Sequence record: SRR31156797_6875
Reading direction: 5' to 3' (one strand)
Length of the DNA: 62,149 nt
The position numbers were made by a program, and so were the translations under genes. A model generated the notes under the pieces. It did no database searches. It had not been told where the DNA came from and was given only the letters and a program-made list of their open reading frames with translations. Position 1 is the stretch's first letter. Each line of letters begins with the position of its first letter. Positions 17,730 through 28,478 of the stretch are shown piece after piece.

Positions 17730-18579
17730 ATTTCCCTTCTTCGTCAGCCAGTCTTTTAAATCGCTTATGAATAAGATACCACTGGTCAGGGTATTCTCTG
17801 ATAACTTCTTCGTATATTTTGTTAATCCTGAGTGCGAGGTCTTGTGCTCTCTCTTTCGGCTTAAGCTCTTTGTTAGGGTATACGAGCGGATAGATAATCA
17901 GTTTATATCCTTTCTTTTTACGAACTATGAAGCCTGGCAGAACAGGATAGTTTCTACGCACGGCTAGAAGGGGCACGCCTTTGATAAAGGTTGTGTCCAA
18001 TCCGAAAAATGGTACAGCCATGCTGTCTTTCGGCATGGAGCTGTGGTCGAGAAGCACACCCACAGAAAGCCCTCTGTCCATATATCCCTTAATAGTTTCT
18101 GCTGCTCCTCTGTGGTGGATGTATGCCATATCAGAATTTTTACGCTGTCTTTTTATGAATTCATCTACCTTTTTGTCTTTTATCTTTCTGGCGACCGCTG
18201 CGCCTTTCAGACCGATTTTACCTGTCATAATGTATGGAAGGAGTTCCCACGCACCAAAGTGAGCAGATACGAAGAAACAACCGGCAGGTTCAGGCTTTTC
18301 GCCGATGTATTCTATCTCTATCATTTCGTCGAGAAATTTCTGGTCTATATTCTTGGTGTAAAAAGATTCTATGTATGAGCAGAAGGTGTGTCTGAATGAG
18401 CTTTTTGCCACAGCTTTCGGGTTTGCTACGCCTATGACTTCGCAGTTTTTAATAGCAACCCTGCGCCTTGAACCGAGCAGGTAATACATTATCGAACCGG
18501 TATTTCTGCCTATGAACTGAAGGGTCGATAGTGGCAGTCGGCTAAAGATGGCATAGAATAGCCTAATTAGCGGATACAC
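17707..18579 (-). CDS. Lipid A late acyltransferase (LpxL/HtrB family)
   Basis: SAHFGAWE, LLDH, VPFFG and YPDQWYLIHKRFK motifs. Confidence 0.9.
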   Translation of the reverse strand: MYPLIRLFYAIFSRLPLSTLQFIGRNTGSIMYYLLGSRRRVAIKNCEVIGVANPKAVAKSSFRHTFCSYIESFYTKNIDQKFLDEMIEIEYIGEKPEPAGCFFVSAHFGAWELLPYIMTGKIGLKGAAVARKIKDKKVDEFIKRQRKNSDMAYIHHRGAAETIKGYMDRGLSVGVLLDHSSMPKDSMAVPFFGLDTTFIKGVPLLAVRRNYPVLPGFIVRKKKGYKLIIYPLVYPNKELKPKERAQDLALRINKIYEEVIREYPDQWYLIHKRFKRLADEEGKFISGIYS

Positions 18580-19786
18580 TTTTCAGGACCTCTTCAAGGT
18601 TGGCAAGTTTTCTATCTCGCTCACTGTCGAGAGCTGTAAAAAAGCTTGAGAAATCTTTTCCGCAGAGAGGAGCTTCGAGGAACTCTTTCATATCGTTTTC
18701 GTCTGAGACTTCGGCGATTACTTCGTGCTTTTTAGCAAGGTCGTATATCTCCTGAAAATTGCGCATGTTACTGCCTGTGGCTACGCATTTCTCGAACTGA
18801 AGTGCCTCGAATATATTATGTCCGCCGGTGTTATTGAGTGAACCGCCGATAAAAATCTTTTCTGATGACTGATAAAGCTCTTCCAGAGTGCCGAATCTGT
18901 CTACGACAACCACGTCAGATGAACCATCCCGCTCAGCGAGGATGCTCACAGAGAGACCGTTATCCTTCACAAGCTTGACAACATCGTCCACTCTGTTTAT
19001 ATGTCTTGGAGCTATGACAAGCCTGTCACAGGTTTCATTAGCGATAAATGCTTTGATAGCTGTCTCTTCTTCACCTGAGTGAGTGCTTGCAGCGGCAAAT
19101 GTTTTATGGTTTTTTATGAAATTGAAAATTCCGCTGTTGATACTCTCCGCTCTCGATTGGAATTTGATATTGCCCAGTGTGATAATTCCTTCGGAGCTAC
19201 CTTTCACTTTAGAAAATTTTACTGTGTCCTCTTCGCTCTTGGTGAAGATCGTTTCGAATTTACGCAGGAGGTGCCCGAAAAGGAAATTCAGTTTCATGTA
19301 GCTGTTGAATGTTTTGTCTGATATGCGCCCGTTGAGCAGATAGAGCTTGCTCATCTTAGATGCGATTCGTATGAGGTTAGGCCAAAGCTCTGTGTCTATG
19401 ATGAAAACCGCTTTGACGTTCATATAGTCGATTATATGCGCTATCGACATAGAATTTTCTATCGGGAGGAGGAATGCGAAATAAGGCTCAAGCTCAGCAT
19501 CAGCCATCTTTTTACCTGTGGCAGTTGTGGTGCTGATGATCACTTTGAGTTCCGGATGGTCATTTTTTATGTATTCCATCACAGCTTTAAGTGACCGCAC
19601 CTCGCCTACGCTCGCACAGTGAAACCAGATCGTTTTATCAACCGGCTCAGGGAATGTGATAACCCCGTATCTCTGAAAATAGTCCTCGTCTTCCTTACGC
19701 TTAAGTGCGACAAGGTAGCCCACAGGGACTGCTATCGGTACAATCACCGCAATGAAGAGGTTATATAATATCTTTAGAATAAACAC
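18563..19786 (-). CDS. waaA: Kdo transferase
   Basis: IWFHCASVGE, TELWPN, NGRISD, ASTHSGEE, APRH..R and GGHNIFE motifs. Confidence 0.95.
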   Translation of the reverse strand: MFILKILYNLFIAVIVPIAVPVGYLVALKRKEDEDYFQRYGVITFPEPVDKTIWFHCASVGEVRSLKAVMEYIKNDHPELKVIISTTTATGKKMADAELEPYFAFLLPIENSMSIAHIIDYMNVKAVFIIDTELWPNLIRIASKMSKLYLLNGRISDKTFNSYMKLNFLFGHLLRKFETIFTKSEEDTVKFSKVKGSSEGIITLGNIKFQSRAESINSGIFNFIKNHKTFAAASTHSGEEETAIKAFIANETCDRLVIAPRHINRVDDVVKLVKDNGLSVSILAERDGSSDVVVVDRFGTLEELYQSSEKIFIGGSLNNTGGHNIFEALQFEKCVATGSNMRNFQEIYDLAKKHEVIAEVSDENDMKEFLEAPLCGKDFSSFFTALDSERDRKLANLEEVLKSVSAN

Positions 19787-20384
19787 GTGTAAGTTCCATC
19801 ATTTTATTTTCCACTCCCTTCGCTTCACGCTCGACATCCTCTTTCTCAACAGAATCTTCGAGCATTATAACCTCAGGAAGATAGACATCTATTTTTGCAA
19901 AAGGCTTAGGCAGCATGAATTTATCCCAGCTGTTAAACCTGAAAAATCTTTTACAGTTGCATATGATCGGGACAATAGCTTTATCTGTTTTTTTAGCGAG
20001 ATAAAGTGTGCCGGGCTTGACCTCGTAAACTGGACCTTTCGGTCCGTCCACAGCCATTATAGCGTGGTATCCTCTCTCCATATATTCCAGCATCTCCATA
20101 GTTCCGGCACTAGCTCCTCTTGAGGAGGATGCCCTGACAACAGCGACTCCCATACTTTCAACAATATTTGCGAGTATCTCGCCGTCTTTGCTTCTGGAGA
20201 TCATTGTTACGGATTGATATGTATTGCATTTACCTACTGAAAGCCCGAGCTGGTTGTGCCAGCTGCAAAGAACTATCCTTTTACCCTCGTCGATGAGCTT
20301 TATAACATCGTCTCCGATGGTTACACTATATCTGAAGGTGGATATATACATCTTTAAAATTAACTTAATCAGAAAGGCTTTCAT
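19761..20384 (-). CDS. DUF374 / LpxJ-type lipid A acyltransferase
   Basis: WHNQ, SRSKDGE, SSSRG, DGPKGP and SWDKFMLPKPF motifs; next to waaA. Confidence 0.88.
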   Translation of the reverse strand: MKAFLIKLILKMYISTFRYSVTIGDDVIKLIDEGKRIVLCSWHNQLGLSVGKCNTYQSVTMISRSKDGEILANIVESMGVAVVRASSSRGASAGTMEMLEYMERGYHAIMAVDGPKGPVYEVKPGTLYLAKKTDKAIVPIICNCKRFFRFNSWDKFMLPKPFAKIDVYLPEVIMLEDSVEKEDVEREAKGVENKMMELTRVYSKDII

Positions 20385-20572
20385 TTACTATAAATCCGCC
20401 AAGTGTTTTTGTTCAACTTTTTACAATATCGCATTATTTCTTGCGATGCAAACATTATCGGGTAATTTGAACATATATACTATAGAAGCATTAAAATGAT
20501 ATTAAGGTTATTTTTGAGATGGATTAAATATGTCTTGCGCCAGTATAGGCTTGAATGGTAAAAAAATCGGAT

Positions 20573-21100
20573 ATGATGAAAGGTACTACTGTAGTCGCAG
20601 TTAAAAAAGACGGAAAAACAGCAATTGGTGCTGACGGACAGGTCACTTTTGGCAATACGGTGCTTAAGCATAATGCCAAGAAAGTGAGAAAAGTTTATAA
20701 TAACAAGGTTATATGCGGATTCGCAGGTTCTACTGCGGACGCTTTTACACTTATGGAACGCTTCGAGGCGAAGCTTGAACAGCACGGCGGGCAACTGCTT
20801 AGAGCCGCTGTAGAGCTTGCTAAGGACTGGCGCACTGACAGGTATCTCCGAAAGCTTGAGGCTATGATGATCGTAGCTGATGAGGACGAGTTATATATAA
20901 TGACAGGTAACGGAGATGTTGTCGAACCGCAGAACGGTGTGGCGGCTATCGGTTCCGGAGGTCCATTCGCTCAGGCATCTGCCATAGCTTTGGCTGAAAA
21001 TACCGAACTTTCGCCAGCGGAGATTGTCAAGAAATCGCTGAACATTGCAGCGGATATCTGCATATATACTAATAATAATATTATTGTTGAGGAGATGTGA
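20573..21100 (+). CDS. hslV: ATP-dependent protease peptidase subunit HslV
   Basis: GTTVVAV, GDGQVT-like, [21 protein letters not shown] and IGSGG motifs; start could also be 20555 or 20576. Confidence 0.97.
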   Translation: MMKGTTVVAVKKDGKTAIGADGQVTFGNTVLKHNAKKVRKVYNNKVICGFAGSTADAFTLMERFEAKLEQHGGQLLRAAVELAKDWRTDRYLRKLEAMMIVADEDELYIMTGNGDVVEPQNGVAAIGSGGPFAQASAIALAENTELSPAEIVKKSLNIAADICIYTNNNIIVEEM

Positions 21101-21109
21101 TAGCCACTC

Positions 21110-22429
21110 ATGGAAGAATACACCCCTAAGAAAATAGTCGAAGAACTAGATAAATATGTAGTAGGACAGAACAACGCTAAAAAGGCTGTAGCTGTCGCTA
21201 TGAGAAACAGATACAGAAGATTACAGCTTCCGAAGTATCTTCAGGACGAGATAGCCCCTAAAAACATTATACTTATCGGACCTACCGGTGTTGGTAAAAC
21301 CGAAGTAGCGAGGAGACTCGCCAAGCTTGCTAAATCACCTTTCATTAAAGTTGAGGCTAGTAAGTATACTGAGGTTGGGTACGTTGGGCGTGATGTTGAG
21401 AGCATGGTTCGTGATCTCGTTGAGATAGCTATCGGCATGGTTCGTGAAGAGAAGAAGACAAGCGTTATCGATAAAGCGAAAGAGAATACTGTTGAAAAAC
21501 TTCTGGACCTGCTCCTTCCGCCGACAACAGGATACGCTGAGCAGGAGACAGGAACACGTGACAAGCTTAGGGTTAAGCTTGAAAACGGAGAGCTTGACGA
21601 ACGTGAGGTTGAGGTAGAAATTGAGGATTCTACTCCGCAGGTTGAGGTTTTCTCTAACCTTGGTATGGAGGATATGAATTCCGGTCTGTCTGATATGATG
21701 AAGGGGATGTTCCCCGCTAAGAAACGTAAACGGAAGATGAAGATTTTAGAAGCGAGACCTATACTCGAGCAGGAAGAGACTAACAGGCTTATAGATATGG
21801 ACGATGTTAAGGATGTTGCCACTGAGCGGGTTGAGCAGAGCGGTATCATCTTTTTAGACGAGATAGATAAGATATGTGTGTCACACTCATCAGGAACAAA
21901 GGGGGGCGATGTCTCCCGAGAGGGTGTTCAGCGTGATCTTCTCCCTATTGTAGAGGGATCCACTGTGAATACTAAGTATGGTATGGTGCGCACTGATCAT
22001 ATATTATTTATAGCTGCGGGTGCTTTCCATATGGCGAAGCCGACTGATCTTATCCCTGAGCTTCAGGGTAGATTCCCTATCAGAGTTGAGCTTGAAAGCC
22101 TTACAGCGGAAGAGTTCGAGCGCATTCTTAAGGAACCTGAGAACTCTCTGACACGGCAGTATATGGCGCTCCTCGGTGCTGACGGAGTGGATGTGACTTT
22201 CACTGACGAAGGGATAAGCCGTATCGCTCAGATGGCGGATGAGCTTAATAAAACCCTTGAGAATATAGGCGCAAGAAGGCTTCATACTATAGTTGAAAAA
22301 CTTCTGGAAGAGATTTCATACGAAGCGCCTGAAGTGGATGAGAAGAAAATTTTGGTGGATGCGGCTTATGTCGATGACCACCTGAAAGATATAGTTGAAG
22401 ATCGTGACCTTAGTAGATATGTACTATAA
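21110..22429 (+). CDS. hslU: ATP-dependent protease ATPase subunit HslU
   Basis: [40 protein letters not shown] and NIGARRLHT motifs. Confidence 0.98.
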   Translation: MEEYTPKKIVEELDKYVVGQNNAKKAVAVAMRNRYRRLQLPKYLQDEIAPKNIILIGPTGVGKTEVARRLAKLAKSPFIKVEASKYTEVGYVGRDVESMVRDLVEIAIGMVREEKKTSVIDKAKENTVEKLLDLLLPPTTGYAEQETGTRDKLRVKLENGELDEREVEVEIEDSTPQVEVFSNLGMEDMNSGLSDMMKGMFPAKKRKRKMKILEARPILEQEETNRLIDMDDVKDVATERVEQSGIIFLDEIDKICVSHSSGTKGGDVSREGVQRDLLPIVEGSTVNTKYGMVRTDHILFIAAGAFHMAKPTDLIPELQGRFPIRVELESLTAEEFERILKEPENSLTRQYMALLGADGVDVTFTDEGISRIAQMADELNKTLENIGARRLHTIVEKLLEEISYEAPEVDEKKILVDAAYVDDHLKDIVEDRDLSRYVL

Positions 22430-22453
22430 ATATTTCCAACCTGGAGTAAATAT

Positions 22454-24085
22454 ATGAAAAAGTTTCTTTTATTGATGCTGATTATGATCCCTGCGATAGC
22501 TTTTGCAAGATTTGAAAAGCTCACTAATGACATAGATAATATGTTCGCCAGATTCACTGGTATTGTCGTTAGTGCTGAGGATAGCAGCCTAATTACTGAT
22601 CTCGGTCGAGAGAAGGGTGTTTATCCGGGGATGATGCTTAAGGTTTACCGTAAAAACGAGCCTATTATTCATCCTATTACTAAGCAGGTTCTTGGTAATA
22701 AAAAGATATTCATCGGCGATATTGAAATAAAGGAAGTGTTTGACGGATACTCCAACGCTAAGATAACTAAACTCGCAAGATCTGTAAAGCCGGGCGATGT
22801 TGTGGCTATGAACCCACCTGTCGAGGTTGCTGTTAAGGTTGTGCAGGTCCCTGTTAGGCTTGAACTTCTCCTTAAGGAAGAACTCAGCGATGCGAGGAAT
22901 ATCCTCATTAAAGACAATTCGGCGATCACCATGACTTTTACACAGAAGGAAGAGGGCGGTATCGGCTATACAGTGAAGGACACTGTCGGCGGCAACCTTA
23001 TATATTCTAAATATTTCTCAGATCAGGATCTCGGTCAGGGTGTGGGTGTTATGGCGACTAAGGATATCTTCCGCAGTCAGCCTATAGAGGAGCAGTATAA
23101 ATCTATGTCTGTTGGGCATGTTAAACCTGACGGGAAGATATATATAGCTGCTGCTACAGATGAGAAAGTTGATTTCTTTATATTTACCGGTAATGCTTTT
23201 GAGCCGGCCGGAACAATGGGTATTGAGTTTGATAACATCCAGAACGTAGAGCTTGCTGACTTAGACGAAGACGGTACGGACGAGATATTTGTCTCTGAGG
23301 TGAAGTATGAGACGACTGTCCGTTCATCTATATATGAGTACGATGGTAAAGAATTCAAGATGCTTGATAGCGAGATGCCTTACATCTTCCGTACTGCACA
23401 CACAAAAGGTGTTAAAAAGGTTGTGGCTCAGAAGCTCTCAACTGATGGCTCATACGTGGGGATGGTGCACAAATTTATCAGCATAGGTGATGGCAAGTAT
23501 GACCGTGGATCAAGGATTTCTGGAAATAGAGATATAGGTATATACGGTTTTGGCTACTCAGATATTGATAAAGATGGTGTAAATGAAGTTTTTAGCATCG
23601 ATAAGGAATATAAGCTAAACGTTTACAACGGGAGCAGCTTAAGGTTTACCAGTGTTGATGAGTTTGGTCAGACACCATATTATTTTATACTAAAGAACGA
23701 AGTTATTGACGAAGTCGCTCTATCTGCTCAGCCTAAAGGGTATAAGAGTGGTGATGAGGATCCATTTACATTTGAGGACGTGAAGAAATATATAAAAGGT
23801 CGTGTTTTTGTTAACTCTGATAACAATATATATGTAGTGCAGAATGAGCAGAAGTATAAAGTGTTTTCAAACACCAAAGTATTCGGCGCTTCGAGGTTCG
23901 CTGTTTATTCATGGGATGGACGCAGGCTTCGCAGTATGTGGCAGTCAGATGTATTCGAGCCTACAATCGCAGATTACTATATGTATGAAGAGTTCGGGAG
24001 AACGTATCTCTTTATGTTGAGGAACTATAGAGATAGCCTGTTTAAAAATGATAAATCTCAGTTTATATATATAGAAACAAAGTAG
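22454..24085 (+). CDS. Exported FG-GAP/VCBS-repeat protein with N-terminal small beta domain
   Basis: Signal peptide ending AFA; DLG...G...G....VYR....IIHPITKQVLG motif; ADLDEDGTDEI and SDIDKDGVNEV repeats. Confidence 0.7.
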   Translation: MKKFLLLMLIMIPAIAFARFEKLTNDIDNMFARFTGIVVSAEDSSLITDLGREKGVYPGMMLKVYRKNEPIIHPITKQVLGNKKIFIGDIEIKEVFDGYSNAKITKLARSVKPGDVVAMNPPVEVAVKVVQVPVRLELLLKEELSDARNILIKDNSAITMTFTQKEEGGIGYTVKDTVGGNLIYSKYFSDQDLGQGVGVMATKDIFRSQPIEEQYKSMSVGHVKPDGKIYIAAATDEKVDFFIFTGNAFEPAGTMGIEFDNIQNVELADLDEDGTDEIFVSEVKYETTVRSSIYEYDGKEFKMLDSEMPYIFRTAHTKGVKKVVAQKLSTDGSYVGMVHKFISIGDGKYDRGSRISGNRDIGIYGFGYSDIDKDGVNEVFSIDKEYKLNVYNGSSLRFTSVDEFGQTPYYFILKNEVIDEVALSAQPKGYKSGDEDPFTFEDVKKYIKGRVFVNSDNNIYVVQNEQKYKVFSNTKVFGASRFAVYSWDGRRLRSMWQSDVFEPTIADYYMYEEFGRTYLFMLRNYRDSLFKNDKSQFIYIETK

Positions 24086-24163
24086 AAATATTATTAGCCT
24101 AATATAATATAAAGGGTGTGGTGCGGAAAGCATTATGCCCTTTTTTCACGTAATAGGACAAAC

Positions 24164-24179
24164 TGGCATAGTATGTGCT
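24164..24179 (+). promoter_or_regulatory. Putative sigma54 promoter upstream of porin
   Basis: TGGCATAGTATGTGCT (GG-N10-GC). Confidence 0.5.
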
Positions 24180-24430
24180 CTATATTACATGTGAATTAAC
24201 TGGTTAAATAGTCAGTTAAATACAATAAGAGAGTGCCTGACATTATAAAAACTTCTAAAGTATTATAAATAAAGGGCGATACTCTTTTGGGAACGATGTT
24301 GTTAGAAAGCTAAGTACTTGATATGACACTTTAGTTAAAAACTGAAAACTGTTAAAAAAAGTATACACTGTATACAGCGGGATTCATATAAGTGTATGTC
24401 ATAAAGAATAAAAAAAAGTACGTTTTGATG

Positions 24431-24459
24431 TTGACACGAGTAAATACAAATGGTAGCAT
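24431..24459 (+). promoter_or_regulatory. Sigma70 promoter of porin gene
   Basis: TTGACA-17 bp-TAGCAT with extended TG. Confidence 0.7.
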
Positions 24460-24552
24460 CTTAACGATTATAAATGTGTGACAGAGTCATACATAAAAAA
24501 AGAAAAAAAGGTATAAACCTTTAAATGTAAAAACCTACAGGAGGAAGAGAAT

Positions 24553-25764
24553 ATGAGAAAGCTTCTTGTTGCTCTCATGATCGTAGCATTTGCTGCAACA
24601 GCATTTGCTGATGTTAAACTTTCAGGATCTTACAAAGTACGTGGTAACTACATGACGAATGTAACTGACACTGATGATGATTCTGATGACAAAAACATGT
24701 TTTATGACCACGACCTTGACGTATGGCTCAAGGCTCAGACAGACAAAGACACTTACTTCAAAGCTAAGCTTGAGCTTGCTGACGAGCAGTGGGGTACAAA
24801 AAATGGTGCAGACGTTACTTCTAACGAGCAGTCTTCTAACGAAGGCGAGCAAGGTAACGAAATCGAGCTTGAAAGAGCTTACCTTGGTCACAACTTCGGT
24901 GTAACAACTCTTGAAGTTGGTATCATGGATGCTGGTGGCTGGTCTTACGCATTTGGTAACGATGTTTCCGGTGCTTTCAGAGTTAAGACTATCACTCCTG
25001 CTGGTCCTGGTAAACTTATCGCTTTCGTACAGAAAGCTAAAGAAGCTAACTTCGATGCTACTTACGAAGATGCTGATAAAGATGACAAAGACGTTTACTT
25101 TGTTGGTTACAAAGGTAAATTCGGTGGAATCACACTTACTCCATCTGTAAAATACGTAGCTGACGGTTCTGTTGACGGTACTGACGGTGAAGTAGACCAA
25201 ACAACAACTAACTTCGATATGGGTATCGGTGGTTCTTTCGGAGCTATCGGATTCGAGTCTGAGTTTATCTACAACTCTGTAGACAGAGGCGATGTTGCTG
25301 CTGGTGGCGATGACTACACTACATATGGTGTTTACGCTAACGTTTACGGTAAAGTAGCTGGTGCTAAAATTGGTTTTATCACTGCTTACTCATCTGTTGA
25401 TGATGATACAAACAAAGCTCAGGACATGGGTGCTGACTTTGATGATAACTACTTCCTCGTTCTTGGTGACTACGATGTTTATGGCGAAGGCCTTCCAGGT
25501 CTCTGGGCTAACGGTCTTTACGCTGAATACGCTGTTAACAAGAAACTCGGTGTAGAAGGTTCTTTCTTCTATGCTGTTTCTAACTACGATGAAGGCGCTT
25601 ACGAAGACATGAAAGCTTACGAGCTTGGTCTTGGTCTTACATACAAGATCACTGGCGCTCTTAAGTACGGTGTAGACTTCGGTTATGCTAAAATAGACAT
25701 GGATTCTGGAACTGATCCAGATGCTGCTATGATTCTTCAGCACTACCTCAAAATCAGCTTCTAA
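24553..25764 (+). CDS. Major outer-membrane porin (beta-barrel)
   Basis: Signal peptide ending AFA, alternating beta-strand pattern, C-terminal HYLKISF, visibly biased codon usage, strong RBS and its own terminator. Confidence 0.85.
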   Translation: MRKLLVALMIVAFAATAFADVKLSGSYKVRGNYMTNVTDTDDDSDDKNMFYDHDLDVWLKAQTDKDTYFKAKLELADEQWGTKNGADVTSNEQSSNEGEQGNEIELERAYLGHNFGVTTLEVGIMDAGGWSYAFGNDVSGAFRVKTITPAGPGKLIAFVQKAKEANFDATYEDADKDDKDVYFVGYKGKFGGITLTPSVKYVADGSVDGTDGEVDQTTTNFDMGIGGSFGAIGFESEFIYNSVDRGDVAAGGDDYTTYGVYANVYGKVAGAKIGFITAYSSVDDDTNKAQDMGADFDDNYFLVLGDYDVYGEGLPGLWANGLYAEYAVNKKLGVEGSFFYAVSNYDEGAYEDMKAYELGLGLTYKITGALKYGVDFGYAKIDMDSGTDPDAAMILQHYLKISF

Positions 25765-25796
25765 TCTAATTACTAGCTAATTTTTGATAAAAAATT

Positions 25797-25828
25797 AAAG
25801 GGTTACCTTCGGGTAGCCCTTTTTTTTT
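25797..25828 (+). terminator. Rho-independent terminator after porin
   Basis: AAAGGGTTACC-TTCG-GGTAGCCCTTT followed by a T run. Confidence 0.9.
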
Positions 25829-25876
25829 GTTTAAATATATGATTTACTCATAGCTATATTTGTTCTAATCTTAATT

Positions 25877-27013
25877 ATGGATAGAGCTAAGTTATCAATT
25901 ATTGTATTTGCAACAATACTCACTTTTTCAGCACTTTACGCACCTCAGCCGATACAGCCAATAATTATGGATTACTTTAATGTAAGTAAAGGTGAGGCAG
26001 CGCTTTTGACTACTGTTACCATGCTTCCACTTAGTCTGTCCCCGTTAATTTATGGATATATTCTTGAGGCAGTTTCTGCCAAAACAATTCTTTTGATATC
26101 TCTGTTTGTTTTAGGTATTTGCCAGATAATTTTCTTTTTATCAGATTCATTTAACCTTCTGATACTCCTTAGGGCTGTGGAGGGGCTAGCTATACCAGCG
26201 ATACTTACCGGAATAATGACTTACATCTCCACAATGACGAATAAAGATAACGTACAGCGTGTTATGGCGATATATATATCATCAACGATAATGGGTGGTT
26301 TTGCAGGACGTTTCTTTTCAGGAGTGATTTCTTACTATGCTAACTGGCGTGTGATGTTTCTTATACTCGGGGTTAGTTTATTTATTTCGTTAGTTTTTGT
26401 ACTCAGATTAGAGCACAACAAAGCAGCGGTTAATAAACTGAATATAAAGGCTGCTGGCGAAGTTCTTAAACAGAAAGGCTTTTTACCTATATATATGATG
26501 ATATTCAGTATGTTTTTTATGTTTGCCGGAATGCTTAACTTTATCCCGTTCAGGTTGAAAGAGATCAATCCAGACTCGAATGCACTGCTGCTAGGTGGTG
26601 TATACACGGGCTATATAATGGGAATTGTGACCTCACTCACCTCACTAAAAATTATAAGGTTAGTAAAAGGCGAAGTGAACGGCATGTTTGTGGGGTTGGC
26701 AATTTTCATCTGCTCGATGGCGTTGTTTATCTCAAAAGATAATTATCTGCTTTTTATAGGTATGTTTGTATTCTGCGCCGGTATGTTTATGACCCATACT
26801 ATTGCGTCCGGTTACTTAAATAAAATATCAGATAGTAACAAAGGGGTTACAAACGGGCTCTACGTCTCTTTCTATTACTCAGGCGGAACATTAGGCTCAA
26901 TTCTACCTGGATACATTTACGAAAATTACGGTTGGAACAGCTTTCTGGTTGTTCTTACAAGTATAATGGTAATATCTGTAATACTTGCAAGAAGAGCACT
27001 AAGAAGCTATTAA
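25877..27013 (+). CDS. MFS transporter (YnfM-like)
   Basis: FSALYAPQP, MAIYISSTIMGGFAGR and GLYVSFYYSGG motifs; about 12 TM. Confidence 0.88.
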   Translation: MDRAKLSIIVFATILTFSALYAPQPIQPIIMDYFNVSKGEAALLTTVTMLPLSLSPLIYGYILEAVSAKTILLISLFVLGICQIIFFLSDSFNLLILLRAVEGLAIPAILTGIMTYISTMTNKDNVQRVMAIYISSTIMGGFAGRFFSGVISYYANWRVMFLILGVSLFISLVFVLRLEHNKAAVNKLNIKAAGEVLKQKGFLPIYMMIFSMFFMFAGMLNFIPFRLKEINPDSNALLLGGVYTGYIMGIVTSLTSLKIIRLVKGEVNGMFVGLAIFICSMALFISKDNYLLFIGMFVFCAGMFMTHTIASGYLNKISDSNKGVTNGLYVSFYYSGGTLGSILPGYIYENYGWNSFLVVLTSIMVISVILARRALRSY

Positions 27014-27141
27014 TCTTCTGATGAAAGTGCGTCTACACGCTTTTCAAGATCAGAAACTTTAGAACCGAGAACAACAAAATAAAATCCTAATAGTACAAAA
27101 ATAACTGTGTAACCAGCGAAAAGGTAGTTAAAGCTCTGCAT
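27010..27141 (-). CDS. ccmD: CcmD-family small membrane protein (43 aa), not in ORF track
   Basis: MQSFNYLFAGYTVIFVLLGFYFVVLGSKVSDLEKRVDALSSED; starts immediately after the ccmC stop; TM helix plus charged tail. Confidence 0.75.
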   Translation of the reverse strand: MQSFNYLFAGYTVIFVLLGFYFVVLGSKVSDLEKRVDALSSED

Positions 27142-27142
27142 A

Positions 27143-27799
27143 TTAACCCTCCAGAGAGTCTATCTTTCTTGTAAGTGATGCTAAACGTGTACGCTTTAAA
27201 AGCATTGCGGCGTATAAAAGTGAAAAAGCGAATATTGAAACAAGAAGCGCTTTAGTCATGTCGGGGTGCAGCCCGCCTCCGCCTTCCTGAACAACATTAG
27301 GGTGTATTGTTCTCCACCAGCGGATAGAGAAAAACACAATAGGTACGTCAATAAAGCCTATGATACCTACAGCAGCGGCAAATTTAGCACGCTTATCAGG
27401 CTCATCTATGAATTTGCGAAGCATAAGATAGCCCGCATATATAAACCATAAAATAGTAGTAGTTGTAAGTCTTGGATCCCATGTCCACCATATTCCCCAT
27501 GCAGGTCTAGCCCATATAGGACCTGTGATAAGGACTATTGTACAGAAAAGAATACCTATCTCAGCACTGCTTTCTGCGATATCGTCAAATATAAAATTCT
27601 GCTTAATTAAGAATAGAATACTGAAGGTGAAAGTGATGAAGAAAGCGAAAAATGCTATCCATGCCGATGATACGTGAAAGTAAAATATACGCTGAACAGC
27701 ACCCATTACTTTCTCAGTAGGTGCGAAGATAAAGGCGAAATAAAGTGCAACGCATATGGCGAGCACGGCAGCAATGTCTAGAACTTTTTGTAATTTCAT
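27143..27799 (-). CDS. ccmC: Heme exporter CcmC
   Basis: QRIFYFHV, WWD motif GPIWARPAWGIWWTWDPRLT, and WWRTIHP. Confidence 0.93.
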   Translation of the reverse strand: MKLQKVLDIAAVLAICVALYFAFIFAPTEKVMGAVQRIFYFHVSSAWIAFFAFFITFTFSILFLIKQNFIFDDIAESSAEIGILFCTIVLITGPIWARPAWGIWWTWDPRLTTTTILWFIYAGYLMLRKFIDEPDKRAKFAAAVGIIGFIDVPIVFFSIRWWRTIHPNVVQEGGGGLHPDMTKALLVSIFAFSLLYAAMLLKRTRLASLTRKIDSLEG

Positions 27800-27800
27800 A

Positions 27801-28478
27801 TCAATCCTCTACGATGAAATCGAATACTGCAAAAACAACAACTGTAAATATAATATCGAAAACAGCGAGAAGCTTCAACCATTTATAAGATGAAGCGATA
27901 TCGTCGCCAAGTATAAATATATTCAATGCCTGCACAGAGGCAAGTATAACGGGCACCATCACTGGTAGAAGCAGAAGCGGAAGCATAACTTCCCTCGTTC
28001 TGGTGTTTACAGAGATGATAGAAAAGAGAGTACCGAGAATAGCAAAGCCGTAGGTTCCCATGAAGAAAACAGAAAGAGGCATAGCACCTGTCTGAAAAAT
28101 CTGAATATTGTATAACACTGTGAAGAGTGGAATAGTTATTGCCTCAACCATTATCATAAATAGGAAATTACTGATAGCCTTGCCGAAAAATATAGCTGAT
28201 CTATCAACAGGAGCGAGCATCAGTGCAGAAAAGTTGCCACCGTCAATCTCACTCATCATAGACTTATTAAGCCCGAGAATGCCGGCAAAAGTTACAGACA
28301 TCCATAAGATACCGCCGACAACTCTATTCTTAAATTCTGAGCCCGGTTCGAAAATAAAACTGAACACAACAACCGTCAGTATAGAGAAGAGAAGCATAGA
28401 GACTACTATCTCCCTCGATTTAAGCTCATGCAGGAGGTCTTTACGGACTATAGCCGTAACAGTCTTGAGATAGCTCAT
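27801..28478 (-). CDS. ccmB: Heme exporter CcmB
   Basis: KDL..E.KSRE, IFFGKA and REVMLPLLLLP motifs; ccm context. Confidence 0.92.
   Translation of the reverse strand: MSYLKTVTAIVRKDLLHELKSREIVVSMLLFSILTVVVFSFIFEPGSEFKNRVVGGILWMSVTFAGILGLNKSMMSEIDGGNFSALMLAPVDRSAIFFGKAISNFLFMIMVEAITIPLFTVLYNIQIFQTGAMPLSVFFMGTYGFAILGTLFSIISVNTRTREVMLPLLLLPVMVPVILASVQALNIFILGDDIASSYKWLKLLAVFDIIFTVVVFAVFDFIVED

Noticed and set aside
25877-28478. AT-richer stretch as a horizontally acquired island
   Set aside because: It encodes hydrophobic membrane proteins continuous with the ccm operon, with no integrase, tRNA or flanking direct repeats.
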